The position numbers and the translations under genes are program-made. From Clostridia bacterium (GTDB lineage Bacteria > Bacillota > Clostridia > TANB77 > CAG-465), in contig JAZSNU010000011.1 in the NCBI GenBank assembly GCA_045536565.1, forward strand, positions 32,001 through 96,000: DNA of 64,000 bases. Reading direction: 5' to 3'. Below, piece by piece: positions 63,836-64,000 of this stretch (within the stretch, counting starts at the first letter, position 1; each line of letters begins with the position of its first letter). Under the pieces are notes generated by a model. The model did not search any database and had not been told where the DNA came from. It saw only the letters and a list, made by a program, of their open reading frames with translations.

Positions 63836-64000
63836 ATGAAACTTTTTTTAACTAGCTCCATAGGAGCAACAAAACATGAGAATGGAAAAAGAGTTCCTGC
63901 AAGAATGGATAATAGAAATTTATTTGTGGATAATTTAAAAAAGGCAATTCAGGGAACAAATAAATTAGTATATATATCGGGTAATCCTGACTATAACACA
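63836..64000 (+). CDS. Probable peptidase S51 (peptidase E / class I GATase-like), 3' end outside the window
   Basis: MKLFLTSS N-terminus ..N.FVDNLK..LVYISGNP; only 55 codons visible. Confidence 0.5.
   Translation, partial: MKLFLTSSIGATKHENGKRVPARMDNRNLFVDNLKKAIQGTNKLVYISGNPDYNT

Overview
A very AT-rich chromosomal window from a spore-forming clostridial Firmicute. The pilin style suggests an uncultured gut lineage such as TANB77 (inference only). It holds about 70 mostly plus-strand genes. Core genes: dnaE 3' end, murE, groESL, murB, yvcK, ruvC, ftsY, engB, serS, a Clp ATPase, lysC, ybeY, dgkA, cdd, proS and tRNA-Trp. Sporulation genes: spoIIID-like, yabP/yabQ/divIC, yqfC/yqfD. There is a type IV pilus operon plus a separate LRR-tipped pilin, and a full agr quorum-sensing locus whose agrD is missing from the ORF track. 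A radical SAM/SPASM enzyme is followed by an unannotated Cys-rich RiPP precursor. Fic and zeta toxin genes are present. A single-module C-A-T-R NRPS overlaps an orphan membrane sensor kinase. Best leads: (1) the NRPS-kinase(-peptidase) unit behind tandem Spo0A-like boxes, a candidate new signal-synthase/receptor circuit; (2) a frame-switchable leader peptide and terminator, with an AC tract, upstream of the LRR pilin; (3) a PilD Zn/methylase domain fused to a pilin, with no peptidase domain, in a system whose other pilins lack Glu5; (4) a 40-bp alternating inverted-repeat array after the Fic gene; (5) a tRNA-Trp with a 4-bp anticodon stem. No CRISPR array, integrase, transposase or rRNA was seen. 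All calls are by eye; no searches were run.
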